A DNA stretch of 45,932 nucleotides from IMG/VR virus record IMGVR_UViG_3300021476_000008, positions 1 through 45,932 of that record; one strand, given 5' to 3'. The DNA comes from a virus. Lineage: Duplodnaviria > Caudoviricetes. This document shows positions 1-8,799 of the stretch, piece after piece. The notes beneath the pieces were generated by a model. It was not told the origin of the DNA and did no database searches. It worked only from the letters and a program-made list of their open reading frames with translations. The position numbers and the translations under genes are program-made. The stretch's first letter is position 1. The number at the start of each line of letters is the position of its first letter.

Positions 1-266
1 CCGGGTCGAGTCCAGAAAAGGTGTCCGAAGTGTCCGAATGCATTCCAAAGGGAACGATCTCGGACACTTCGGACGCAGTTTTGCCACACGATCCACCGGC
101 AGAACACCCGGTGAAGAATGAAAATTGTCCTTCGCTGGCCCGGGTCGAGTCCAGAAAAGGTGTCCGAAGTGTCCGAATGCATTCCAAAGGGAACGATCTC
201 GGACACTTCGGACGCAGTTTTGCCACACGATCCACCGGCAGAACACCCGGTGAAGAATGAAAATTG
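1..266. repeat. 127-bp exact direct repeat (1-127 and 140-266)
   Basis: Copies are identical up to ...GTGAAGAATGAAAATTG and then diverge. The contig-end position and length of 127 suggest an assembler k-mer artefact. Confidence 0.85.
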
Positions 267-637
267 AAATTGAAACCATACCGCACGCCGACCACCACTA
301 CCCAACCTGTGGTGACTGGTTTGAAAAGGACGGCGTGATGCACATTAAAGTGTCCAGCCTCTCTGACTGGCGGCGAGAGGCGCTGATTGCCGTGCATGAG
401 CTGGTGGAAGCGATGCTCTGCAAGCACGATGGCGTCAGCGAAGCCTCCGTGGACGAATTCGACAAAGCTTACGAAGCCGCCCGCCCGGCTGACGACGTGG
501 AGAGCGAGCCCGGTGATGACCCCAGGGCCCCCTACGTTGACCAGCACTGCTTTGCTACCGGCATCGAACGTTTGCTTGCCGCGCGCCTGGGTGTAAAGTG
601 GAACGAATACGCTGATGAGATTGAGTCGCTGCCGTGA
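257..637 (+). CDS. Small zincin-like metalloprotein (HExxE motif), putative peptidase
   Basis: 126 aa with ALIAVHELVEAMLC and a later YVDQHCFATGIE; GTGA overlap with the next gene. Confidence 0.6.
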   Translation: MKIEIETIPHADHHYPTCGDWFEKDGVMHIKVSSLSDWRREALIAVHELVEAMLCKHDGVSEASVDEFDKAYEAARPADDVESEPGDDPRAPYVDQHCFATGIERLLAARLGVKWNEYADEIESLP

Positions 638-1914
638 AGGATATCCGGAATGTAACCGCCTGCGTAATTGACAATGGTTTATTTCTCCCATTTGCTCGCC
701 GCCTTGCAGAAGAAGCCGCAAGGGTCATCTGGTGTCCCGCTTCTTGGCAGCGAGGATTTGCCTCTGTTAGAGTGGCTTCCATCGGAAGTGGTTTTGGCAA
801 CGTGGAGCATTGTCTGGACTTCTGGCCCCACTTCAAAGAAATCGACCTGTTTTGTTTCCCGGACGTTGGTCATTCCGGGCTTCAGTTATTTCTAGCCGAG
901 CAGGGCAAGGCGGTTTGGGGCTCCCGCACCGGAGACATTTTCGAGCAGAACCGGGAGCACTTCATGCGCACTCTGGCCAAGTGCGGACTGAAGGTGCCCC
1001 CGCACAAAGTCTATAGGGGACTGGAGGAGCTCTCGCATAACCTGCGAGACGCAAAGGACAAATACATTAAGGTGTCCCGATGGCGCGGAGACTGTGAGAC
1101 CCGCCACTGGCGCTCGTGGAAGGAGGATTCCGGCTGGCTGGACTGGCTGGCCGTCCAGCTCGGTCCCTTCAAGAACATAATGCGCTTCCTGGTGTTCGAT
1201 AAAATTGACACCGGCACGGAGCTAGGCGGCGACACCATCAACGTCGATGGCCAGTGGCCGTCGTTAATGCTCAATGGCTTCGAATATAAGGACAACACTT
1301 ACTTTGCCGCGGTTACACCCCGGGACGACATGCCCGAGCAAATCCAGGATATCCTCGATGCCTTTGGCCCGCTACTGGGAGAGCATCACTATCGAAACCA
1401 ATGGTCGATGGAGGTTCGTGAGGGCAATTTCATCGATGCCACCTGCCGGGGCGGCATGCCCAGCACGGCCACGCAGATGAAGGTGTGGAAGAACTGGCCC
1501 CAGATGGTTTGGGCCGGGGCCAACGGCGAGCTGGTGGAGCCGGAGCCGGGCTACAAGTTCGCCATCGAATGCATGGTGAAGTCAAAGGAAGACGCCGGAC
1601 AATGGGACGAGGCGTTGATTTCCCCGGAGCTGGAGCCACACCTGATGCTCTCCTCGTGCTGCTTTGTGGATGAGATGTATCACTTTCCACCCGAGGATAC
1701 GCGCTCGGGCGACCTGGGATGGCTGTGCGCCGCTGGTGACACACCCCGGGAAACGCTTGACCGAGCCAAAAAACTTTGTGATTTACTTCCCGACGGCCTG
1801 GACGGTAATGTCGAAGCCATGGCTAACCTGCTGAAGGAAATTGAGACCGCGCAGGAACAGGGCATCGACTTCACTCACCAGGAATTGCCCGAACCAGCAG
1901 AAGCAATCGAATGA
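634..1914 (+). CDS. ATP-grasp ligase, PurD (GAR synthetase)-like but divergent
   Basis: 426 aa. IDLFCFPDVG, VWGS...FEQNREHFMRTLAKCGLKVPPH, YIKVS, GFEYKD and FIDATCRGGMP follow the PurD-like ATP-grasp motif order. Confidence 0.7.
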   Translation: MKDIRNVTACVIDNGLFLPFARRLAEEAARVIWCPASWQRGFASVRVASIGSGFGNVEHCLDFWPHFKEIDLFCFPDVGHSGLQLFLAEQGKAVWGSRTGDIFEQNREHFMRTLAKCGLKVPPHKVYRGLEELSHNLRDAKDKYIKVSRWRGDCETRHWRSWKEDSGWLDWLAVQLGPFKNIMRFLVFDKIDTGTELGGDTINVDGQWPSLMLNGFEYKDNTYFAAVTPRDDMPEQIQDILDAFGPLLGEHHYRNQWSMEVREGNFIDATCRGGMPSTATQMKVWKNWPQMVWAGANGELVEPEPGYKFAIECMVKSKEDAGQWDEALISPELEPHLMLSSCCFVDEMYHFPPEDTRSGDLGWLCAAGDTPRETLDRAKKLCDLLPDGLDGNVEAMANLLKEIETAQEQGIDFTHQELPEPAEAIE

Positions 1915-2060
1915 GTCGGGGATGTTGTGGCGGAGCGCCGATGGCGGCGGCCGGCCAGCCCCAGTTTATGGCCGACCAAAGCCCGCGCTTTGACAACCAA
2001 CCGGGACGACGCAAGCGTATGGCTAAGAAAAAGAAAAAGAAGAGAATGTATTTCCATTGA
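1911..2060 (+). CDS. 49-aa basic peptide (MSRGCCGG...RKRMAKKKKKKRMYFH)
   Basis: Translated by hand (below the ORF-track cutoff). ATGA overlap upstream and TGATG overlap downstream. Confidence 0.65.
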   Translation: MSRGCCGGAPMAAAGQPQFMADQSPRFDNQPGRRKRMAKKKKKKRMYFH

Positions 2061-2251
2061 TGGACGAGCAGGCCCCATGCTGCCCGCAGTATCCGCCGCC
2101 CAAGCCGGGCATCCAGGAAGCTGACCCCAGGTTCCAGAAGCCGCTCATGAAGCTGATTAAGAACCTGGCCAAACCATTGCGTCAGCGGGACCCGTTCCAC
2201 ACCCGCATGAAGCGCGGGCGTGGCAAAATGAAGAAAGTCAAATTCCACTAA
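2060..2251 (+). CDS. 63-aa basic peptide (MDEQAPCC...RGRGKMKKVKFH)
   Basis: Translationally coupled; shares CC, PRF and a basic FH end with the preceding peptide. Confidence 0.65.
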   Translation: MDEQAPCCPQYPPPKPGIQEADPRFQKPLMKLIKNLAKPLRQRDPFHTRMKRGRGKMKKVKFH

Positions 2252-2253
2252 TC

Positions 2254-2568
2254 ATGCCAGAAGCACCGGCGCTCAAGCCGCCCCCGAACCTCAACCCCTC
2301 TCCCAAAGCCCAGTTCCGTGAGTCGGGCGAAAATATCTCCAAGCACCGTGCGCTGCTGGAGTCGCGGGAGTTTCATCGGGCCATCCACTACGCCAAGACG
2401 CAATACTGGCGGCAGCTGGCAATGGCTACTCCGGATAATAATTACGCGATGGCGATGGGCTGGAAGATGATTGGCGTGGAGGAATTCCTGGCGGTCCTCA
2501 TGAATTTGAGCGAATCTCCGCCAGCGCCGTCAGCGGCGGTTAATAACAATCTCGACCACCGGGCCTGA
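2254..2568 (+). CDS. Hypothetical head-module protein
   Basis: 104 aa, tightly packed directly before the scaffold gene. Confidence 0.7.
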   Translation: MPEAPALKPPPNLNPSPKAQFRESGENISKHRALLESREFHRAIHYAKTQYWRQLAMATPDNNYAMAMGWKMIGVEEFLAVLMNLSESPPAPSAAVNNNLDHRA

Positions 2569-2570
2569 TT

Positions 2571-3860
2571 ATGCCGGAAGTTTTAGCTCCACCTCCGGGT
2601 TCGCCGCCACCGGCTCTTCCACCGCCCAAGCCGCCGCCTGCTCCGACTACGGCTATTAAGTTAGGTCAGCCGACGACTCCCGTGGAGCCAGCCAGGCCCG
2701 GAAGCGCCCGCGCCCGGCTCACTGCCGATTTGGCTCGCAAAGCCGGTGTGACTCCAGCGGCGACTCCACCTTCCTCAGCATCTGAGGTTCCACGTCCCGG
2801 GGCTGGGGCCGTCGATCCGGACCCTGGCGAGGCCCCTCAAACTCCGCCAGGGTCACCTCCCGCCGAGGGGACTCCGGCAACACCACCGGCACAACCAGCC
2901 GAGAAGAAGAAGGGTGTCAACCCGTGGAAGTTGAAGGACGAGTGGAAAGCCAAAGCTGAGGATTTGGAAAGGCAGCTGGTGTCCGCCAGGACCACCAACC
3001 TGGCGACGCAGGAAAAACAGGGTTACCTGGACCAGATAAAGGGCCTCGCCGACCGGAACAAGGTTCTGGAGGATGAAATCCGGTTTGTGAATTACGAGCA
3101 GTCCTCGGAGTTCAAATCCAAATACCAGGACCCCTATGAAAAGGCGTTCAATAACGCGCTGGAGGAAATGTCGGAGTTGGTGGTAGTGGACCAGAATACC
3201 GGCGCGCGCCGTCAGGTGAACGCCCAGGACATCGTCGCCCTCTGTCAGCTGCCTTTGCAGGACGCCAGGGCTTTGGCAAATGATCTATACGGCGACTTCG
3301 CCGACGACATGATGGCCCACCGGGCGGAAATCAAGAAAACCTTTAAGATCCGGCAGGATGCGCTCAAAGAGGCCAGGGAAAATGGCGGCAAGCGGATGAA
3401 GGATCAGCAGGAGCTGGCCAAAACCGCCTTCGACACCATGACCAGGGAAATTAAAACCACCTGGGACGCCGTGAATGGCCGGGCCATGAAGGATGCCAAT
3501 TACGGCAAATACCTGACCCCTGTCGAAGGGGACCAGAACGGCAACCAGCGCCTGGCCAAGGGCTACGAAATGGTGGACCGCGCCTTCAATGAAATTCCCA
3601 ATAACCCAAACCTTACCAAGGAGCAGCGCGATGCCATTATTGAGCGTCATGCCGTGGTGCGCAACCGGGCGGCCGGTTTTGGCCGGCTTAGGGCTTGGTA
3701 TGAGGCGGCGATGAAGGAGAACGACGAGCTCAAGGAGGAGCTGAAGCAGTATCGCGGCTCGACTCCGCCAGCTGGCGGGGCTCCGGCACCGGAACCTTCG
3801 GCTAATGGGGGTAGTGCGCGCGACCGCATATTGGGAGAGCTCAGAAAGAAGGCCAGATAG
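2571..3860 (+). CDS. Putative capsid scaffolding protein
   Basis: Pro-rich disordered N-terminus and long charged coiled coils; lies just upstream of the capsid gene. Confidence 0.65.
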   Translation: MPEVLAPPPGSPPPALPPPKPPPAPTTAIKLGQPTTPVEPARPGSARARLTADLARKAGVTPAATPPSSASEVPRPGAGAVDPDPGEAPQTPPGSPPAEGTPATPPAQPAEKKKGVNPWKLKDEWKAKAEDLERQLVSARTTNLATQEKQGYLDQIKGLADRNKVLEDEIRFVNYEQSSEFKSKYQDPYEKAFNNALEEMSELVVVDQNTGARRQVNAQDIVALCQLPLQDARALANDLYGDFADDMMAHRAEIKKTFKIRQDALKEARENGGKRMKDQQELAKTAFDTMTREIKTTWDAVNGRAMKDANYGKYLTPVEGDQNGNQRLAKGYEMVDRAFNEIPNNPNLTKEQRDAIIERHAVVRNRAAGFGRLRAWYEAAMKENDELKEELKQYRGSTPPAGGAPAPEPSANGGSARDRILGELRKKAR

Positions 3861-4067
3861 TTCTTGACTGAATCAAGGAAGTAGTGTTACAGGTCCGTTT
3901 AGCTGCTTGCAGCTTTGGTTAGCCACTGACCTACAGTGGTCCGGCATACCCAACAGTGGGTGAAGGCAAAAGCGTCCGGCTTCAAAACTGTATCCCGATA
4001 ACTCCGCCTGCGCGATGGCGCTGGTAATGGCTCGGGCAACCGTAATGTCCGAAACAGTTTTGAATAT
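3861..4067 (+). promoter_or_regulatory. Structured leader of the capsid gene with possible promoter (TTGACT at 3864)
   Basis: At least five stem-loops, including an 11-bp perfect stem (3981-3991/4054-4064) ending 3 nt before the ATG. Confidence 0.55.
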
Positions 4068-5585
4068 ATGCCGTGTCCAACTGGCACGATACAAGCCTGC
4101 GATTTTGCGCAGTTCCTTGTTGACCAGACTCCCCGATTTGACGAGCTAATCATGGAAGATATCCGGCCGACCGACGGCTGGCTTCTAAACATCTCCACCG
4201 GCACCACGCCGATGGGAACCCCGATTGAAGTCACCCAGGACCGCTTCCGTCATGTGTGGCCCAATACCACCAAGACCTGGACGAAGCGCGTCGCCAACGG
4301 CCCTGGCTGCACCGGCTCCCCGTGCGACCCGACCGAGCACCAGATCGCCTGGGGCGCGGACCGGCTCACCTACTTTGCCGAGCAACAGACCTGGGGCACC
4401 CCCCTGCTCTGCTACGACCAGGAGATGCACATCACCCACGCCGAAGAGCACCTGTCGCAAATCATCAACGACATCCTGCGCCCGGCGACCACGGCGATTT
4501 CATCCAACTTCCTGCGCAAGCGGCACCTATTCTGGGCCAAGCAGAAGAACGTAGCCAACGCCACGCTCGACCAGTTCAGCTTCCAGTGGACCAACCCCAT
4601 TACCGGCCTGCTCGGTGGCGTGAACAACGACGACGAGATATTTTTCTACTGCTCCGTCAACCCCAACAACGTCTTCCACCTGGTTCCCCAGATGCTGCAG
4701 AACCGGTTCAGCCCGCTCATGCGGCGCGGTTATGCCGGGAAGAATCCGTTTAAGGAGACGGCCCCGTATATCGAGTTGGTCACCAGCATGGATACCTGCT
4801 GGTTCCTCGATAAGTTGGGCGGCCAGTTGGGCGTAGGCGGCGGTGACCTGCCCAACTCGCTCGGCAACTGGCGGTTCACGGAATGGAACGCCGCCAACGC
4901 TTACTTCCGGTATGGGTTTACCGGTCAAATCGGCAACTACATGGTCCGGGTGGACGAGATGGGGTTGCGCTTCAACTTCGTCCAGGACCTGGGAGTTTCG
5001 GCGGCTCCCAACCGGTTCCAATACCAGATTGTGCTCCCTTACCGGAACCAGATTAGCACCGGTGCTGGTGGTTCCGCCGGTCTGGGCGACGACGCTAACC
5101 CGGACTTCGATAAGGCGCAGTTTGAAATCAGCCACATCTCCCACAAAAAGGGGATGGAGCTGCTGGTTCCCGACGCCCGGCCCATCAACCCGGAAATGCC
5201 CTACGGCCACCGCGACTTCGGCGGCAAATGGCGCTTCGCGATGCACGACCTGGGAGCTGACTCTAACGGCGTGGTCATCGCCAACAAGTGGGAGAACAAA
5301 GGGCAATTCATCGCCTGGTTTGTTTACTACATCCGCCCGCTCCACTATGAGTTCATGGAAGCCTGGTTCCATGCCCGGGAGCAGTTCTGCATCCCGACCA
5401 TTGCCCCTTGCAATCCGTCGCCCGGATACCCGGCGCAATTTTACAGCTCCACGCTGCCGCCTTGCCCGGTGCCCGGTGCGTTCAACGCCCTTTACGGAAA
5501 CTTCCCGTGCGCGGTTCCCACTGGCGCCCAGGACGGACCAGTTCCGCCCGCCGCGAATCAGCCGCCGACGCAGCCGGATATTTAG
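4068..5585 (+). CDS. Major capsid protein
   Basis: 505 aa with strong C-ending codon bias, following the scaffold gene and long leader and followed by a hairpin; Pro/Cys-rich C-terminus. Confidence 0.75.
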   Translation: MPCPTGTIQACDFAQFLVDQTPRFDELIMEDIRPTDGWLLNISTGTTPMGTPIEVTQDRFRHVWPNTTKTWTKRVANGPGCTGSPCDPTEHQIAWGADRLTYFAEQQTWGTPLLCYDQEMHITHAEEHLSQIINDILRPATTAISSNFLRKRHLFWAKQKNVANATLDQFSFQWTNPITGLLGGVNNDDEIFFYCSVNPNNVFHLVPQMLQNRFSPLMRRGYAGKNPFKETAPYIELVTSMDTCWFLDKLGGQLGVGGGDLPNSLGNWRFTEWNAANAYFRYGFTGQIGNYMVRVDEMGLRFNFVQDLGVSAAPNRFQYQIVLPYRNQISTGAGGSAGLGDDANPDFDKAQFEISHISHKKGMELLVPDARPINPEMPYGHRDFGGKWRFAMHDLGADSNGVVIANKWENKGQFIAWFVYYIRPLHYEFMEAWFHAREQFCIPTIAPCNPSPGYPAQFYSSTLPPCPVPGAFNALYGNFPCAVPTGAQDGPVPPAANQPPTQPDI

Positions 5586-5605
5586 CCCCAACTGTCCTTG
5601 GCTAT

Positions 5606-5640
5606 GGGGCCGGTGGTTTGGCTTGGTGGCCGCCGGCCCC
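5606..5640 (+). terminator. GC-rich stem-loop after the capsid gene (terminator or mRNA stabiliser)
   Basis: GGGGCCGGTGGT...GGCCGCCGGCCCC; no U-tract. Confidence 0.45.
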
Positions 5641-5656
5641 TCCAGGGCAAATAAAC

Positions 5657-5917
5657 ATGCCGTGGTTGTTTATCAAAACTGGCAAACCGGCGGATGTCAT
5701 CGCCGCCCTGAGCGCCACGGTGGCGTCCGCCCACCCCGGTCAGATAGACCAGTTCGCGCGGGCGCAGTTGTCCATCATCAACGAAATCAACGCTTTCAAT
5801 CCCAATGTGGTTCACGTGAATGCCTTTGGGCACAGAGATTTAACGGTCAGTGAAGTTCATCTTCTGGTTTACCCCTCGCACCTGACCGCCCGGGGTGACC
5901 AGGTGTGGGTCCCGTAA
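5657..5917 (+). CDS. Hypothetical protein, 86 aa (paralogue A)
   Basis: ATG after AAATAAAC; resembles the next gene. Confidence 0.65.
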   Translation: MPWLFIKTGKPADVIAALSATVASAHPGQIDQFARAQLSIINEINAFNPNVVHVNAFGHRDLTVSEVHLLVYPSHLTARGDQVWVP

Positions 5918-5918
5918 T

Positions 5919-6221
5919 ATGGCTTTTGTTTATGAAACTATCGCCACTCCGGCCAATGCGGTCACCGGAATAGGCGCGATCCAGAGCGGCACGCCGGCGA
6001 GTGACCCATCGTTTGCCACCGAGCAGGCGTTCATCACCCGCGTGATTGCTTTCATTCAAACCGAAATAAACAACATGGGCGCCCCCAATCAGCTCCAGTT
6101 GAGGGTGTCGGGAAGTCACGGCGAGAAGCAGTGCCGTCTTTACCTGGTCCTCGACAAGGCCACGCCTGTGTTCGTCACCAACCAGCTCGTCCACATTCTG
6201 GAGCAGGCCGGGCTCAACTAA
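5919..6221 (+). CDS. Hypothetical protein, 100 aa (paralogue B)
   Basis: Starts 1 nt after the previous stop; shares an EIN..PN...GH/GSH motif. Confidence 0.7.
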   Translation: MAFVYETIATPANAVTGIGAIQSGTPASDPSFATEQAFITRVIAFIQTEINNMGAPNQLQLRVSGSHGEKQCRLYLVLDKATPVFVTNQLVHILEQAGLN

Positions 6222-6229
6222 GGAAAATT

Positions 6230-6565
6230 ATGCCCTATGGAAATCCTGGTCCCGGCGGCGCGGATATGTATTCTGACGCGCCGGAACACGAAGAGGCTGA
6301 AAGTCACGACGAGGGTGGAGAGAAGGAGGAGGGAACCGAGTATCCGCCTTTCACTGTTCCCCGAACCGCCTTTGGCGGAATTGAGCCCAAGCCGGGCGAG
6401 CAGTATTACTTCGATGTAAAGAGCGTCCACGAGGACGAAGTCGTCCTGGCCTACGCCACTGATGTCAAAGAGGAAGAAGAGGAAGGCGGGCACAAGGAGG
6501 AAGGGCCGAAGAAGATGGAAGCCCCAAAAGGCGGTGGCGGCGGCATGGATGATATGATGTATTAA
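6230..6565 (+). CDS. Highly acidic small protein
   Basis: 111 aa, AAGGA RBS, Glu-rich tracts flanking a small beta core (PKPGEQYYFDVKSVHEDEVVL). Confidence 0.7.
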   Translation: MPYGNPGPGGADMYSDAPEHEEAESHDEGGEKEEGTEYPPFTVPRTAFGGIEPKPGEQYYFDVKSVHEDEVVLAYATDVKEEEEEGGHKEEGPKKMEAPKGGGGGMDDMMY

Positions 6566-6568
6566 GGT

Positions 6569-8503
6569 GTGGTTACCAGTTGCGACCCACAGGCCCTCAA
6601 CAATGCTGTCCGGTGTTACGTTTCGTGCATCCCGTCTAACTACCGGAAGCTAATCAACGTCTCGCTGCTGGCCGCGCAGACCGGCAACGGCAGCCTTACC
6701 CCCAACCAGCTCCTCCTCAACGCCGGCGGTTTTCAGCTCTTCAACGGCTCCAACGGCCTGGCAGCCGAGGTATATCTCCTGTCGTTAATCGCCATGGGCT
6801 CCACCGACCCGAATGTGTTGTCCAACCAGGCGCGCTGCATCGAGTGCATTGACGACTCAGTGCTGCAGGAGCTGCACACTTACCTCCTGGCCCAGGCGAC
6901 CAACAGCGCCATTGACACGCCGACGCTCATAAAAGGAGCCCAGCCCTACATGCAGCTTTGGGGAGCGGAGTGGTATGTCGAGTTGTATCTTTACGCTCAG
7001 CTGGCCGTCCTGCAGGGAGCGCTGTCCGTGGCAGGGTCAACCGCTCAGTCGATTGCCAATGCCAGCCGGTGTTTCTTCAGCTGCGGCACCGGGCCCAGCT
7101 TATCGGCAATTCGCGCCTTCCTGCTCTGCCAGATCAGTCTTAACGGCGGGTTCAACACCAACCCCAATCTGGTGCCGCCGGGTTCAGTCTATCCACCCGG
7201 AGCTGGCAATAGCCAATTTAACGTCAATATCCTCGCCGGCATGTGCTACAACATCTGCTGGGGAACCAATGACGCCAGCGCCACGCTGGTCGTTTCCGGA
7301 CAGACATTTACCAGCACCGGCGCAGGGACTTGCACGGCGATTTACTCCTCGGTGGATACGGTGCTTGAGCTCTTCGGCGCGGCGGGCACCATGGTTACCG
7401 CCACGGTCATAAACTGTTCCTGCGGGATTTGCGTTCCGCCTCCGACCCAGCTTCACCTGCAAACCCAAGCCGACGGCATGACTGTGGCCGTGACTTGGGA
7501 CGTTCCACCCGCCGGGGTGACCGCCACAGAGGTTTGGACCAGCACTGACAACATTACTTTTGCCCTGTTGACCACCGTAGCCGCGCCTGGCGCCACGGCG
7601 AACGCCACCGCCCAGGCGATTGGAAGTTTCCTCTATGTGAAGCTTCGCTGGGACAAGACCGCCATTCAGGGTCCGTTTTGCGCCGTCAACTACATGAGCG
7701 GCCGGGTTAGCGACTGGGCCAAACGTGTGGTCGCAAACGGCGGCGGCCTGCCATCGGCGAGGATACAGGACGCATTCGGAACCAGTGAATTCGACCTTAC
7801 GCTGGTGAACAACTCGCTGGATAGCTTGATGGTCATTTTGAACACGGTTTGTCCCGGCGACGTTCCGACCGCCAGCACGCCGTTGTATAAACTTCAGGGT
7901 CTTGATCCTTGGACCAACAATAATTTCGTCAACGCGGACGTGACTCTAAACGGAATCATTGGGGATGGGGCCACCAAATACCTGGACCTGGGCACCATCA
8001 ACACCGGCCTGAACGGCATGGGCAACAACAGCGCCGGGATGACGCTTTACTTCGCGACAGGCAATAACAACGTAGAAAGCGAGTTCGGCGACTTTAACGC
8101 TTTTACAAATGAAGCCTGGAATTTGCAGAATCAAAGCGGGACTTCTTACTACGAGTGCTACGGATTTTTAGGTAACGACTTTGTGAGCGCGGCCAATTCT
8201 AATTGGGCTGGTTTTCTATCCGGCAGCCGGATCGCGGCTAACGACATCCGTCTTTACAAAGCCAACTCAACAACAGCTTTCGTGCAAATTGCCTCGAACA
8301 CCAACGCGCGGACGAATAGCGGCGGCCAATTTAGAACGATATTCATGGCGGTTTGGGACTCAAACGGAGGAGCGCCAATCAATTTCAGCACCAAGCGCTT
8401 ATCTTTTGGCGCGCTCCACCCCGGCCTGACTAGTGGCCAAACCCAGACGTTATTCAACGCCGTCCAACGGTTAAGACAGAGATACGGTGGCGGCTCTGTC
8501 TAA
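6569..8503 (+). CDS. Virion fibre/decoration protein with Cys-containing N-terminal repeats, FN3-like domain and C-terminal beta-sandwich
   Basis: 644 aa; about five 35-aa helical repeats ending in YLL/FLL, VAVTWDVPP...VWTSTD...YVKLRW, and an N/G/T-rich C-terminus (GDGATKYLD). Confidence 0.65.
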   Translation: MVTSCDPQALNNAVRCYVSCIPSNYRKLINVSLLAAQTGNGSLTPNQLLLNAGGFQLFNGSNGLAAEVYLLSLIAMGSTDPNVLSNQARCIECIDDSVLQELHTYLLAQATNSAIDTPTLIKGAQPYMQLWGAEWYVELYLYAQLAVLQGALSVAGSTAQSIANASRCFFSCGTGPSLSAIRAFLLCQISLNGGFNTNPNLVPPGSVYPPGAGNSQFNVNILAGMCYNICWGTNDASATLVVSGQTFTSTGAGTCTAIYSSVDTVLELFGAAGTMVTATVINCSCGICVPPPTQLHLQTQADGMTVAVTWDVPPAGVTATEVWTSTDNITFALLTTVAAPGATANATAQAIGSFLYVKLRWDKTAIQGPFCAVNYMSGRVSDWAKRVVANGGGLPSARIQDAFGTSEFDLTLVNNSLDSLMVILNTVCPGDVPTASTPLYKLQGLDPWTNNNFVNADVTLNGIIGDGATKYLDLGTINTGLNGMGNNSAGMTLYFATGNNNVESEFGDFNAFTNEAWNLQNQSGTSYYECYGFLGNDFVSAANSNWAGFLSGSRIAANDIRLYKANSTTAFVQIASNTNARTNSGGQFRTIFMAVWDSNGGAPINFSTKRLSFGALHPGLTSGQTQTLFNAVQRLRQRYGGGSV

Positions 8504-8508
8504 ACGCT

Positions 8509-8796
8509 ATGGACAAACTCCTCGTTGAACTTGCCAAGGGCGCTCCGGCCGCCGCGGCGGTCGTGATAGTGGTGATTATTTTCATCAGGATGATGCGGGA
8601 GGAGCGCAAAGCCATAATGGAATTCTTCATAGAACTGCACCGTGAGCACATTGACGAGCGCGCGATTTCGCGCTCTGCTATCAAAGAAAACAGCGCCGCC
8701 TTGCAGCAAAACGTTATCGCCACGACGCGCAACACGGACAGCCTGGCCGATTTCACGCGGTCTATTGACAAGCTCCTGGAGCATCAGGGACACTGA
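8509..8796 (+). CDS. Holin-like membrane protein
   Basis: One N-terminal TM helix (AAAAVVIVVIIFI) followed by a coiled coil. Confidence 0.5.
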   Translation: MDKLLVELAKGAPAAAAVVIVVIIFIRMMREERKAIMEFFIELHREHIDERAISRSAIKENSAALQQNVIATTRNTDSLADFTRSIDKLLEHQGH

Positions 8797-8799
8797 AGC

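Noticed and set aside
1-266. Biological terminal repeat or CRISPR array
   Set aside because: Only two adjacent copies, exactly 127 bp, at a contig end and absent from the right end. An assembly artefact is more likely. The 21-260 ORF depends on it.
634-1914. Calling this gene purD (purine auxiliary gene)
   Set aside because: The canonical N-terminal GxGGREH motif is missing and the context is a head module.
4527-5853. Long antisense and alternate-frame ORFs over the capsid gene (also 22136-24346, 34391-35410, 39703-40629)
   Set aside because: Shadow ORFs expected from high GC3; no motifs or RBS.
5408-5917. T7 10A/10B-style -1 frameshift extending the capsid protein
   Set aside because: The -1 frame is open, but I found no canonical slippery heptamer and the downstream gene has its own ATG at 5657.
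6569-8503. Diversity-generating retroelement target
   Set aside because: AAC-rich codons are present, but no reverse transcriptase or template repeat was seen.
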